Positions 13,115-26,051 of a DNA stretch of 64,000 nt are shown in pieces. The DNA comes from Octopus bimaculoides. Taxonomy: Eukaryota. Position numbers and translations under genes: made by a program. How positions within the stretch are numbered: the first letter of the stretch is position 1; each line of letters starts with the position of its first letter. The notes beneath the pieces are model-generated. The model saw nothing but the letters and a program-made list of their open reading frames with translations. It was not told the origin of the DNA and did not search any database. Location: positions 15,656,605 through 15,720,604 of the forward strand of contig NC_068984.1 in NCBI RefSeq assembly GCF_001194135.2, given 5' to 3'.

Positions 13115-13412
13115 ATCAAGCCTTGTGAGTGGATTTGGTAGACAGAAATTGAAAGAAGCCCATGTATATATATTTATGTATGTATATATGTACCTACGTG
13201 TGTATATTTGTACCTACGTATATATGTATTTGTGTGTTGTGTCTGTGTTTGTCCCCCTACCATTGCTTGACAACTGATGTTGGTGTGTTTACATCCCTGT
13301 AACTTAGTGGTTCGGCAAAAGAGACTGATAGAACAAGTACTAGGCTTACAAAGAATAAGTCCTGGGGTCGATTTGTTTGACTTAAGGCGGTGCTCCAGCA
13401 TGGCTGCAGTCA
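13115..13412 (+). mobile_element. tRNA-derived SINE (5'-truncated)
   Basis: gccttgtgagtggatttggtagacagaaattgaaagaagccc, internal TA/TG repeat, tail ...ctccagcatggctgcagtcaaatgactgaaacaagtaaag. Confidence 0.85.
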
Positions 13413-13903
13413 AATGACTGAAACAAGTAAAGAAAACCCCCCCCTGAAATATCAGCATTTCTTCATTTTTAGGCCCCCATGAAAGAGAAAGTATTTATCT
13501 TGCCAGAAGTCGGTATTTCCCTGGTCAAAAAGTGAAAATATTTCTTTTGCCAGAGAGATGTAGAGAAATGAAAGTGCTGTTATGAACTTTTACTTTTTAA
13601 TGCTTTCCATATATACCCAATAGTATATGAGCTAGATACACTTGCACTACTGATAATTTTTCTTACAAAAATATGTTTGCAAACATTTTTGATACACCCC
13701 TCATAGTTGCCCCCCGTGTGTGTGTGTGTGTGTGATCTTCACTGATCTCATGACCCTCAGCACAAGCAGAACAAAATCAAATTTGGGGAAGAAATCCATA
13801 ATTTTTCAGAAAAGTAATTGTAATATTTCTTCTATTAACATTCGATACACATGAGTAATTAAGTCATGCTTTGTTCACAGTTATTTAAGATATTTGGTGA
13901 ATA

Positions 13904-14126
13904 CAGTAAGCCCTTGACTATCATGGGCGTTACATTCTAAACCTTCTTGCAATAGGTGAAAATCCGTGAAGTAGAAACTGCACTGATCTGTATATTTTAA
14001 AAATCATTTTTATAATTTTTTATATATTTATTTTATTATAAATGCAAAACAACACCATGGAGGAACTGACTTAAGCTTAAGTAATAAACTGCGATAGGTG
14101 AACCGTGATATGGCAAGGGGTTACTG
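13904..14126. mobile_element. Tigger/pogo-type MITE
   Basis: TIRs cagtaagcccttgactatcatgg / ccgtgatatggcaaggggttactg with TA target duplication. Confidence 0.75.
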
Positions 14127-14442
14127 TAGTAACGTCATACTGTATACTTTATGGTATCTACAATAACTAGTAGCAGGTTTACTTTCACTCATAGTTTCAC
14201 TTTCTAAGAAACCACTTCCACATTTTGTCTTGGAAAATCAACTTTCACTTCTTGATAACCTGGAGTACTGTTAATCCAACATTGTCAAATGGAAAACATT
14301 TGTTTTCCATTCAACAATGTTGGATTAACATATTAACTAAATGCCTTGAATAATGATGATGGGGGGGAATGAACTGGAAACCATGTGGTTACGAAGTGAT
14401 GTTCATAATCACGAGACCCTGTTTGCACCTATATTAAACGAT

Positions 14443-14790
14443 CATCATCATTTAACGTCCGCTTTCCATGCTAGCATGGGTTGGACGATTTGACAGAAGA
14501 CTGGTGGACCAGGAGGAGACACTAGGCTCCAATCTGATTTGGCAGTTTCTACAGCTGGATGCCCTTCCTAACGCCAACCACTCTGAGAGTGTAGTGGATG
14601 CTTTTACGTGCCACCGGCACGAGGGCCAGTCAGGCGGGTACTGGCAACGGCCACGCTCAAAATGGTGTATTTTACATGTCACCTGCACAGGAGCCAGTCC
14701 ATCGGCACTGGCAATGATCTCACTCGAATATCTTTTCACATGCCACTGGCACAAGTACCAGAAAGGCGACGTTGGTAACGATCAACGGCC
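14443..14790 (-). mobile_element. RTE LINE 3' UTR
   Basis: Close reverse-complement match to 10078-10375. Confidence 0.85.
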
Positions 14791-15467
14791 TTATAAATCC
14801 TGTGTGTCAGCATGTATATGCAGTGTAAATCCCACTTGTCTAACTTTTATTTCCTATTTTTTGGTGGAAAATTTTATTGAATCTAAAAAATAAAAGTAAT
14901 ATGATTTTTCTGTTTTTCTTTCACTCCTCTCACTCATTTTCCTGTTTGGAATACACAACCAACCATAACGTCCTTGTTTTTTTGCATTTTTTCCTAAATG
15001 TTTTCTTGAAATACGTGTTTACAGTCTTGTAAAGAAATAGGGTCAGATGAGTTTGGGTTCAAGATGAGTGTTACATGGAGAGAGGACATATCTTTAAAAA
15101 GTTGAATTTATGAATTATTTTTTATATTTTTTTTCTCACTCATAATCTCCAGTGTTTAAAATATAGAAACTGGAAAACATCTAAATATATCATATATATA
15201 TTTATTAATAAATCTCAGGGTAGCAAAAAATTTAGAAATTCTATTTGCTACCTCATATTTATGTGTTAATCTTGGCTTTCCTGCTGATGATAGCTGGCCT
15301 TGCAAAATATTTTATTTTGCTAAAAATAGCTTGAAGCTATGGTTCAGGAAATAGATGGTAAATGTTTTTATTTTTCATTCCCTTTCAAAATTATCCCTAA
15401 TTGTGGTTTGGAGTTTGACTGCTCCTTCTAGCGGGTTAGATGTCCTATTATGGACATCTTTCTTATG

Positions 15468-15508
<41 letters not shown>

Positions 15509-15857
15509 AAGTTTGCTTCCCAACCACATGGTTCCAGGTTCAGTCTCGCTGCATGACACTTTGGACAAGTGTCTTCTATAATCTTAGGCTGACCAAATCT
15601 TTGAGTGGATTTGGTAGACGGAAACTGAAAGAAGCCCATTGTGTGTATATATCTTGTTACGACCTGGTGGCTGTAACCCGAATCTACACAACCAACAATG
15701 ATGTGAACCCAAAACAACAACACACCATGAAGTTTTTTTAGAATATTATTAACAATTAAGCATACACAAACAACCTATATACAATCAAGTATATAGGAAC
15801 AAATAAAATTAATGCTACACTAGACGTGCAGTCAAAATATTTACAAAAGTAAAAAAA

Positions 15858-15990
15858 ATAGAGTTTAGAAATTTGGATTCAGAAATTTGCTTTCATAAAA
15901 TTAATTTCAGAAATTTGGTTTCATTGGATTCATAAATTTGGATTCCGTAATTTGGTTTCAGAAGTTTGGTTTTCGAAATTTGGACCTAAA
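15858..15990. repeat. Degenerate ~15-bp minisatellite (cagaaatttggtttt-like)
   Basis: Several tandem imperfect copies of agaaatttggattc/tttc. Confidence 0.7.
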
Positions 15991-17207
15991 CATAAATAAA
16001 TCTTATGTCAAAGCAACCATTTAAACTAAAAGTTCATGACACAAAATGGCTGCCAGATTACATCAATAATTATAGTTAAGAAATAAATAATCAAACAAAT
16101 AATCTAGTTTGCTTTAAACTCACACAAAACTGCTTCACATAAGCATGCTGCGTAACCATTAGACAAAATTTACAGTTTAGTTGTCTAATACAAAAAACTG
16201 GTTACATGAAAAATTAAATTCATACACCCTCTAGCTATTTATACAATTTTTTCAACATTTATTTTAGCAGAAAATCGCTAGCAAAATTACTACACAACCT
16301 ACCACAAATGTAGGGTTCAAAATTCACATAAATATTTCAATAACATAACTTAAGAGATTTTTGTACTCACCCAGATGTGACACAGAAATTATTTAAATCT
16401 GACAAGCAAAAGTTCTGGCGAATTCCTGGAGCAAAAATAAATCCATAAATGCCTAACGCAAAGCACAAAATACATAAACTAAACAGACAATCATAGCTTC
16501 CAGAATCCAATTGAACAAATTTGTCTCGCAGAAAAAAATCTTTAACTGTCACAAAAACTGAGTGTACAATTATCTCTGCTTATAAAGGTTTGCTAAGGTC
16601 TAGCCATTTTGTTAGAGTTTCACAGTTTGGATATTTACACCTAACTTCCCCCATTTTGACAATGGACTTCATCCTGACCTTACAGTGCAGCATGCAAAAC
16701 TGTCTGTTTACCTGTTAAAATTTATAATGCAGTGTAGGTAACACTGCCCGATAATAATATTATTTCATAATATACTCATAAAACAGATATAATTTTTAAG
16801 AAAACCTTAATTTTCTAACAAATAATGTATATATATTAGTTTTAAATTTCTGAATGAGAAGTAAGTTGTAACAGTACTTCAGTGTAAAATCTATTTGCCA
16901 ATGTAAAGTGCCAGTCCTGATTAGGACTATGTTACTACCTTTTTTAGCCCCAGGAAAAAATTTCCAGCTGGCTACTGATACACAACTGCATCTTTATACC
17001 TCGAACAAGGGAGGTAATGTCCCCATTCAGCCTTAAACAGTACATGCAGACCATGGCTTCTGGGTTATTTTTCTTCATTGGCAAAGGATAACTTTTGACT
17101 AGAGATGGCAGCACTAGGCCTTGTTCAAGGTATATACTTTTAAAGTGGCACACAGTTACTGATCGTGTAAAGGGGAAAATAATTAGCTCTAAATCTCTGA
17201 GTGAGAA

Positions 17208-17243
<36 letters not shown>

Positions 17244-17739
17244 GTGTGTGTTTAGCTCCAAATCTCTGAGCGAGATACTGCTAGAATATGTACCAGGCTT
17301 AAAAAGAAATGTACCAGGGGCAATTTGTCTGAAGTTCTTCAAGGCAGTGTCCTAGCATGGCCGCAGTCTAATGACTGAAACAAGTAAAAGATATATACAA
17401 TTTGAACCAATTAAATAGCCTTTTGCAATATTTTTCTGACAAATACATTTTCATTAATTTATTTACAATTTTCATATTCTACATGAAAATATTTGGTGTC
17501 TTTAGCCTTTTATTTCATGTGATAGGAACAAATAAAATGTCAAAATAACTATGCTCAACACAAGTTAGAAATTTGAATATTTTGGTTGAGATAACTCAAT
17601 AATTTTGTTTACTTACACTTCTGTTCCTGAGCAAAGCAAGACATAAATTGACATAATTATACTCATGAGAATCATTAAGTCTGGCATCTGTTTAATGGGA
17701 TACACTTAAAAAATTTGCATGAGAGAGAGTGAGAATGAA

Positions 17740-17793
<54 letters not shown>

Positions 17794-17804
17794 ATAAAGA
17801 TGTA

Positions 17805-18186
17805 TTCTTTTACTTGTTTCAGTCATTTGACTGTGGCCATGCTGGAGCACCGCCTTTAGTCGAGCAAGTCGACCCCAGGACTTATTCTTTGTAGGCTTAG
17901 TACTTATTCTATCGGTCTCTTTTGCTGAACAGCTAAGTTTACGGGGACGTAAACACACCAGCATCGGTTGTCAAGTGATGTTGGGGGAGGGGGGGGCAAA
18001 CACAGACACACAAACATATACATATATATACGATGGGCTTCTTTCAGTTTCTGTCTATCAAATCCACTCACAAGGCTTTGGTCAGCCCAAGGCTATAGCA
18101 GAAGACACTTGCCCAAGGTGCCATGCAGTGGGACTTAACCCGGAACCATGTGGTTGGTAAGCAAGCTACTTACCACACAGCCACTC
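17805..18186 (-). mobile_element. Near full-length tRNA-derived SINE
   Basis: tcttttacttgtttcagtcatttgactg...accacacagccactc; high identity to 27440-27850 and 33762-34170. Confidence 0.9.
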
Positions 18187-19210
18187 TTGTTTATTCATTT
18201 TTGTATACTACATGAAATGCATTCACTTCAGGGTTTTATCCCTGAAAAATATTCTTTCTTATGGACTTTGAGTGTAATGACACATCGGGCTGAACTTCAA
18301 ATAATGTTAGTAGACTACTAGACATGGTGTTTCACTGTGATTTTTGCCTCCTCAGTAGTAGACACCAATTCAGTCATTTAGAGCTAGGTCAGAACTTTTG
18401 TTCCTATGTAGAAAATAGCTACAAAATATTTGCTAGTGTTAGCTGAAGCTTGTCAAGCTTGAATTAATTTTGTTTAAACAAAGCGGCATGACTCAATCTA
18501 AAGAAGTGTACATTTATTTTCAGCATCTTCCTGTACACTACAATATGAAAAGCATTTATGAAATTTCATTGCAGAGAAATAGACTTAGTGTAAAAACACA
18601 TCATGCCAAGCTCCACTGCTGTCAGTGGACTACTAAGCATGTTTTGGTGTGATGTTGCCTCCTCAATTATACGACACCACCTCAGTCATTTAGAACTGGA
18701 TTGAAGCAAAACTGCTTTCCATAATACTACTTCTCCCTCACTTGAGGAATCTTACCTTGCATGTTACATGGTGATCTTGAGGGTGCTGGTGGCACATAAA
18801 AAGAATCCAATACACTCTGTGAAGTGGTTGACATTAGGAAGGGCGTTCAGCTGTAGATATCATGCTAAAGCAGAAGTTGAGCTTGCTACAATCTTCTGAC
18901 TCACCAACACCTGTCAAACCATCTAATCTATACTAGCAGGGTAAGTAGATGTTTGATGAGGATGCTGACGACGATGATGATATATTTGTGTATGCTTGTG
19001 TACGTGTGTTGTAAAATTCATGATGATTGGGTCTTCAAGTTTCCCCTAATGGCTTATGCAACTAATGTCTGGTTGAATGTGTTGAGTGAAATTAGCATTC
19101 TGTATATATATGTGTGTGTATGTACCCATGTACATGTGCATATATGCAGATATATGTACATACATGTGTATTATGAATAGTGATGTGCATCATCATCATC
19201 ATCATCGTTT

Positions 19211-19436
19211 AACACTTTTGTTACCTGTACTCAACCCTACTGAAACCGGCTCTGAGTACAAATGTCTTGTTTCCATAAGTTTTAAATTAAAATCTTCCAC
19301 CAAACCTTAGTCACAATTTATGTTCCTAACACTAACTTAATGATAAGTAAGTTATTTTACTAAATTCTTTTTTAATCTTTAAAGTAATTGAAAGAAACAC
19401 AGAGCATCTCAAAATAAATACAATAACAAAAGGGGT
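19211..19436. mobile_element. piggyBac-type MITE inserted into the TTAA of an RTE tail
   Basis: The host catcatcgtttaa|cgtc is split by cacttttgttacc...aataacaaaaggggt followed by a TAA remnant; the RTE UTR resumes at 19437-19745. Confidence 0.65.
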
Positions 19437-20814
19437 AACGTCTGCTTTCCATGCTGGCATGGGTTGGATGGTTTGACTAAGAACTGGCAAGCCAAGAGGC
19501 TGCACCAGGTTCCAATCTGATTTGACAAGGTTTCTACAGCTAGGTGCCCTTTCTAACGCCAATCACTCCTAGAGTGTAGTGGGTGCTTTTTTACGTGCCA
19601 CTGGCACAGGAACCAATCAGGCGGCACTGGCATTGGCTATGCTTGAATGGTGCATTTTACATGCCACCGGCATGGGTGCCAGTCAAGCGGCACTTGCATA
19701 AGTCACACTTGAATGGTGCTTTTTACGTGCCACTGGCATCGGCCAATGATTACTGAGAAAAATACAGAAAAAATATGATGAACAAAGAGATATTAGTGTT
19801 TTGGATAATTTATCCTTTGTTGAGAGAGGAGAATATGAGAATGCACGTGCACACACACACACATACACAAAGGATGAATATGTTTCAGGAGGCAGCACTA
19901 TGGTAAATAATAACAGATAGGATGTAGGTGAGGACATACCATCCTACACAGTTGCAGGTTCACTTTCCATATCTCTGACTGCTTTACCTGCATCTCTAAA
20001 ATATCATAGATAAAAAAACTAACTCTTTGGTATATTTTTAATGGGAGAAATTAATTAGAAGTTACTCGATCATTTAAGAGTGCGTTTATTGGATATCCAA
20101 TGAAAAAGTCACAATTTGCTGAAAACTGTCACCTGACATGTCAAATCTCCAAATCCTTTCTATCTTCAACTTACTGTTTGGGGAGTCTTGCAATACCATG
20201 ACTGTTACAAACAGCAGTTAATTTTCTGCTTAGATACAACCACTCCCTAAAGTATCAATAACCAACTAGCTTGCCTCTAACTCCCTCTTACTGATTAATA
20301 TCCTCACATGCACATCGCACCATCCACAGTTACCTAATATCCACACATGATGTCTTATTTACATTTAAAAGTAATTGTTTTTCTTTCCCATCTATTATTT
20401 CCACATCCCATTACATCAATATCAATGTCATTATGCCATTACATTGCTCTGTCAATATCACATTCTCACATGATTGTGCCACCTTGTCATTAATACTATT
20501 ATCTCTACTACTTCCATTCTCTGCCATATATGCATGTTATCAGCATGCTGTTCAGTGTCAATGGTAACTTGCATTAACTCGTGACATCCTATTACTGACT
20601 TTGGATAGCTTGTGCTTACAAATGAAAGCAGTGACAGCCCCTTTGCAAGGTATAATTGCTTGCTCAACAAATTAAGCTTTTCAGATTCATCTGAAAGGTA
20701 AAATATATCACAACAGACAGCAATCAACTGTTCATCAAGCTACTTTCTATTCAGAAATGACTTAAGTGCAACCATAAAGTGATGAAGGCAATTACTTTTT
20801 AATAGCTATCATAC

Positions 20815-21200
20815 TTTGGGGGAAAGGTGTGGCTGTGTGGTAAGAAGTTTGCTTCCCAACCACGATTCCCAGTTCAGTCCTACTTCACAGCACCTTGGGC
20901 AAGTATCTTCTGCTATAGCCTTGGGCTGACCAAAGCCTTGTGAATGGATTTGGTAGACAGCAACTGTAAAAAGCTTGTAGTATGTCTGTCCGTCCGTCTG
21001 TCTGTCTGTCTGTCTCCCTCCCTCGCCACTGGTTGACAATTGATGTTGGTGTGGTTACATTCCTATAATTTAGCTGTTCAACAAAAGCGACTGATAGAAT
21101 AAGTACCAGACTTTAAAAAAATGAGTATTGAGGTTGATCATTTGACTAAAAATTATTCAAGCATGGCTGCAGTCTAATGACAGAAACTAGTAAAAGATAA
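20815..21200 (+). mobile_element. tRNA-derived SINE (decayed, full length)
   Basis: gtggctgtgtggtaagaagtttgcttcccaacc...gaaactagtaaaagataaaaga. Confidence 0.85.
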
Positions 21201-21256
21201 AAGATGCCTCTCTCTATGTATATGCATTAAAGTGTGATATAGCAGTGCAAACTCTT

Positions 21257-21568
21257 ACTCTCTTTTACTTGTTTCAGTCATTTGACTGCGGCCATGCTGG
21301 AGCACCACCTTTAGTCAAGCAAATTGACCCCAGGACTTATTCTTTGTAAGCCTAGTACTTATTCTATCTGTCTCTTTTTGCTGAACCACTAAGTTACGGG
21401 GATGTAAACACACCAGCATCGGTTGTCAAGCGATGTTGGGAGGACAAACACAGACACATAAACACACATATACGACAGGCTTCTTTCAGTTTCTGTCTAC
21501 CAAATCCACTCACAAGGCTTTGGTCGGCCCGAGGCTATAGTAGAAGACACTTGCCCAAGGTGCCACAT
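21257..21568 (-). mobile_element. tRNA-derived SINE (5'-truncated)
   Basis: tactctcttttacttgtttcagtc...cccaaggtgccac. Confidence 0.9.
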
Positions 21569-21944
21569 TTTTGTCACAATGTTCTCAAAAGAGATAAATT
21601 TGAAGTGCATTTAATTCGAAAAGGTTGACAGTTTTATTACAGCATATGGAAAGAAAATACAGCAATCGAAGACAGTATTTTTAGATAAGAAATGAACCAT
21701 AAAAGCAACATCATCATTTGTACAAGTTATTACATCTCCCAGTGGAGTATTGATTTCCTTGAAATAAGTCTCAACTTTACCCTTCGTTTCTCCTTTGGTG
21801 TCCGTTGCAAACCATTGGGGGTGTTTATTATATGAAAACTTAAGATAGCACATCTGCTAATCAAATAAAGCAGATTCAACAATTTGTTTTTCTGCATCCT
21901 GAACTATTTCATCAATGCCCCTCAATATTTAGGACTTGCTTAAG

Positions 21945-22160
21945 GTGGCGGGCTGGCAGAATCATTAACACACTAGGCAATATGCTTAGAGACATTTCAT
22001 CCGTCTTTATGTTCTGAGTTCAAATTCTGCTGAGGTTGGCTTTGCCTTTTGTCCTTTTGGGATCGATAAAATAATTAGCAGTTGACCAACAAAGTTGATT
22101 TCATTGACTTACATTTCTTTCCCAAAATTACTAGCTTTATGCCAAAATATGAAATCAATA
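21945..22160 (+). mobile_element. MetaSINE-like tRNA-derived SINE
   Basis: ggtggcgggctggcagaatc head; ttctgagttcaaattctgctgaggttggctttgccttttgtccttttgggatcgataaaat resembles the Meta domain as I recall it. Other copies at 24070-24240 (-) and 39950-40180 (-). Confidence 0.6.
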
Positions 22161-23333
22161 TTTAAGACATCCTTAAAGTGATAACAGCATACCGGACACC
22201 AATATAGAATTTCTGAGGGCCCATACTTTTGTTAGATAATTCTTGAACCTACCTAAACTAAGTTCATCTGTCCTTTTGACAGGTCTTGTTTTTAGTCCGA
22301 CCGAGTTTCTGGCAACCCACCTCACTAGGCAAGTCTAGTCAGGGTGCTGGTTTAGTTGCTGACAACCCAATCATGCAACAAGTTGTACTGGATTCCATGT
22401 TACCCGTAGCACTCATAAGAGACCTCAGAAGTGACCTAACATTTTGAAGAGTTTTGGGCATTGCCTTCTCTTCTGGCTAATAAAGGCTGAACATTATCAT
22501 ATTTTCTCTCTTAAATTACCATAACTCCTATTTATATTTATTTTCATAGTCTTAATGCTTTTTAATTTACCGAAGACAATTTCTGTTGTGTTTCTCACAG
22601 CTGGTATTTGGATATAGTTTGTTGTATTGTCATGAGAGCTAACATTGTGGAATGTCTTATTTTTAACTGGCAATAAGACATACCATAAAATAACAAATGG
22701 AATAATTTTTATCTCATTGCTATACTTGTTGTTTAAATAATTGCCCAGTTGTATATATTTCTGTCCCAACTTATCTATTTCGACATAATTTGTAATCCTT
22801 TTTTGCTATTATGCATGTGTGTGGGTGTATAGACACAGGTATGACTGCATGGTTATGTAGTTAGCTTTGCAGCCACATGGTTTAGGGTTCAGTCGCATGC
22901 CATGGCACCTTGCGTGTCTTCACTAAAGCTCCAAGTCATCTAATACTTTGTGAGAGAATTAGAAAATGTTGGAAACCTGTTTTGTGTGCGTGGGTTGTGT
23001 GGGTGCATATAGGTGGTGGTGGTGTGTGTGGGTTGTGTGGGTGCATATAGGTGGTGGTGGTGTGTGTGGTTGCATGAATGTTTGTCAATGTTTATATATT
23101 CATTGCTACTTGAGTAAAAGGTTCTGAAATTACTGGTTGCTCTGTGCTATTTAGTGGAAGTATGTGGCTTAGTGGTTAGGGGTGCTGGGCTCATGATTGT
23201 AAGATTGTGGTTTCAGTTCCTTGACTGAATAATGTATTGTGTTCTCGAGCAGAACCCTTCATTATATGTTGCTCATGTTTACTCAGTTGGAGAAATGGGT
23301 AATACTGTGATAGTAAGAGGAGTTATGTAGTTA

Positions 23334-23725
23334 TTGGGTTGTCCGGAAAGTTTGTGCCGATTTATAGTAGCTTACCTTTCGACTTATTTTAAAACATGGT
23401 TGAGTCCATAAAATAGGATTTGACTACACTTCCATTTAGAGCACAGTTTAAGCTATCTTTTCGTGGAAGAACGTTTATGTTCCTATAACCTGTGTTAATT
23501 CTGTAACTCTTTAAAATGGAAGATAAGAAAGTTCATTTTCGGCACTTGATGCTTTTCTTTTTCCGTAAAGGGTAAAATGCCTCACAAGCAACCAAAGAAA
23601 TATGCGCAGTTTACGGTGATGTTTCTTTATCCGAAAGAACTGTACGGAAGTGGTTCGCAAGGTTCTGAGCTGGAGATTGTAGCCTTATTGATAAAGAGCG
23701 ATCAAGCAGACCATCCACTACAGAT
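23334..23725 (+). pseudogene. Mariner left end with decayed transposase N-terminus
   Basis: TA then TIR ttgggttgtccggaaagtttgtgccgattt. From ATG 23516: MEDKKVHFRHLMLFFFRKG*NASQATKEICAVYGDVSLSERTVRKWFARF*AGDCSLIDKERSSRPSTTD, a Mos1/Hsmar-type HTH region with two stops. Confidence 0.9.
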
Positions 23726-24249
23726 GAAATCATCTCTGGCTAATTGTTGAGAGGACGTTTGGTGTTGCCTATGCAGAGGTTTGCACTCTCTGAGTGTTCT
23801 TGTTGTTATTATTACTGAGGTCAAATAGACAGCAGACTAACAGAATCATTACTGCACCAGACAAAATGCTGCTAAGGCCGACAGGAAGCGGTGCAGCTTC
23901 CTAGGTCTAACCAACAGTAGTATTATTCCCTTCAGGGGACTGTCACATTAAGCTGATATCATACAACTACTTTATCGTATCACTACTACATAAATCTCTC
24001 TGAGAGATTTAAAAATGTATTATTTCTAAATTTGTTTTGATGTTCCCTTGATTTTGACCCTAGTAATAATAGTTTCAAATTTTAACACAAGGCCAGCAAG
24101 TTCAAAGGAGGGGACAAGTCAATTACATTGACCCCAGTGCTCAACTGGTACACATTTTATTGACCCTGGAAGGATGAAAGACAAAATGCTCAGTAGCATT
24201 TAGTCTGATGCAGTAATGATTCTGTTAGCCAGCTGCCTATTTGACCTTA

Positions 24250-24590
24250 GTAATAATAACAACAAGAACGCTCAGAGAGTGCAAACCTCTGCATAGGCAA
24301 CACCAACGTCCTCTGAAATAAACTCTACTGCTCTCACAAAGAATACTAAAAATGAAGCTTGCCGCTCTCAAAAATTAAGTAAAAACACTGGAAAAATAAT
24401 CCAGAATCCTTGTCTGGTACCGGATTGATCTCCAAATCTAATCAGTTTGTGCCAGTCACGAGGCCAAACATCCCTGAAAGTTTCATCCAAATCCATCCAG
24501 TGATTCTAGAGATATCTTGTCCATGGACAAACAAACAAATACGACTGAAAACAATACTTCCGCTTTCACTAAGGTGGACATAATAATAAA
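24250..24590 (+). mobile_element. Helentron-associated (HINE/DINE-like) non-autonomous element
   Basis: Starts aacaagaacgctcagagagtgcaaacctc and ends actgaaaacaatacttccgctttcactaaggtgg. Related pieces at 23726-23815 (-) and 59440-59640 (-). Family assignment is from recalled end structure. Confidence 0.5.
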
Positions 24591-24609
24591 GACAAAGATT
24601 GAATTAAGA

Positions 24610-25040
24610 TTTCATCATCATTGTTTTAACATCCACATTTTCATGCTTGCATGGGCCAGATGGAATTTATTGAGGCAGGTCTTCTATGGCTGGATGCCTT
24701 TTATATCACCAACCCTCACCTGCCTCAAAGGAAGGTAATATCTCTCCATGACCAGACAAGCTTTCATGGAAGACTGAAACAAAGGACACTGCTTGCATGA
24801 TGCTGACATTAGTTTACTATCATGCAATGTCAAAGCAAGGAGACAGTAACACATGCAAGCATGCATGCATGCACACACACACGCACGACAGGTTTCAGTT
24901 TCCATCTGCCAAATCCATTCAAAAGGATTTGGTTGGCCAGGGGCTATAGTAGAAGACATTTACCCCAGTTGCCATTCAGTTGAACTGAACCCAGAATCAT
25001 GTGGTTGGGAAACCAGCTTCTTACTACACGGCCGTGACTG
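24610..25040 (-). mobile_element. tRNA-derived SINE with RTE-type tail
   Basis: Reverse complement of the 1243-type element. Confidence 0.8.
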
Positions 25041-25179
25041 CACCTTGTTTTAAATCTCATTATTTAATATATGTAGAAAAAGTATATATTTTCATGCTTA
25101 ATTATATTAGATTAAATATTTTATTCTAGGATAAATGCAAATAAATATTTTAGTTTAAGATTAACAAACTTGTAACATT

Positions 25180-25465
25180 GTCGATGTCAGTGCCTCCTGA
25201 CTGGCTCCTGCGTGGGTGGCACATGAAAAACACTATCCAAATGTGATTGATGCTTGGCCTGCCTGACTGGCAGCTGTGCTGGTGGCACGTAAAAAGCACC
25301 CACTGCACTCTTGGAGTGGTTGGCGTTAAGAAGGGCATCTAGTTGTAGAAACATTGCTAGATCAGATTGGAGCCTGGTGCAGCAGCTGGCTCTCCAGACC
25401 TCAGTCAAACCATCCAACCCATGCCGGCATAGAAAACGGACGTTAAATGATGATGATGATGATGA
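25180..25465 (+). mobile_element. RTE LINE 3' UTR with (GAT)n tail
   Basis: Matches 10078-10375. Confidence 0.85.
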
Positions 25466-25964
25466 AGAAACACTTGAAAAGTTAGTCTAGTGGGTCAAAG
25501 AACCGGAAACAGAACTTGTTAGTTTAAAAAAAAATTAAATTTTAGGGCAAAAACAACCAGATTAGTTTTTTTCTAGGAAATAGGATAGGTCTTTATGAAT
25601 GCAAATATTCCATTTGGGGATCCGTTTATTTAGATAAACAAGTTTTGTTCTTGTTGGTAATATTGTTTAGTCCCAAGTTAGCTCTCAGTGATCACAGACA
25701 TTCCATCCATAACTATCCCATCCTCCTAACAGGCATTGCATACTTATGACTCCAGTATCTAACATGTACCATCTTTTTCAAGATGGTTCAGGGAAATTTT
25801 AAAATAAAGTTTTGACTATGTCAAGCAGGGTGACTAACCTTATAGATGCTAGGGAAGTAGCTATTGAGAAATCATTTTATTTTCCTGACTGGGGATACTA
25901 TTAGAAAATTTGAAGTTCATATTTTATTGGATTAGGTATTTTAAAATCCCACTCATTTTCTTAC

Positions 25965-26030
25965 CCATTTGAAAAGAAATAATTCCAATGATAGAAATTA
26001 GGAGCCATTATATAGATTGTTTGGTTTTTA
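25965..26030 (-). CDS. Candidate 66-nt internal exon (phase 2-2), unknown gene
   Basis: Acceptor cattgtttctttag, donor gg|gtaaga; the only open frame is KNQTIYIMAPNFYHWNYFFSN. No homology recognised. Confidence 0.25.
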
Positions 26031-26051
26031 CTAAAGAAACAATGTAACTCA

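Noticed and set aside
20175-20246. Minus-strand exon candidate with good splice sites
   Set aside because: All three frames contain stops on careful translation.
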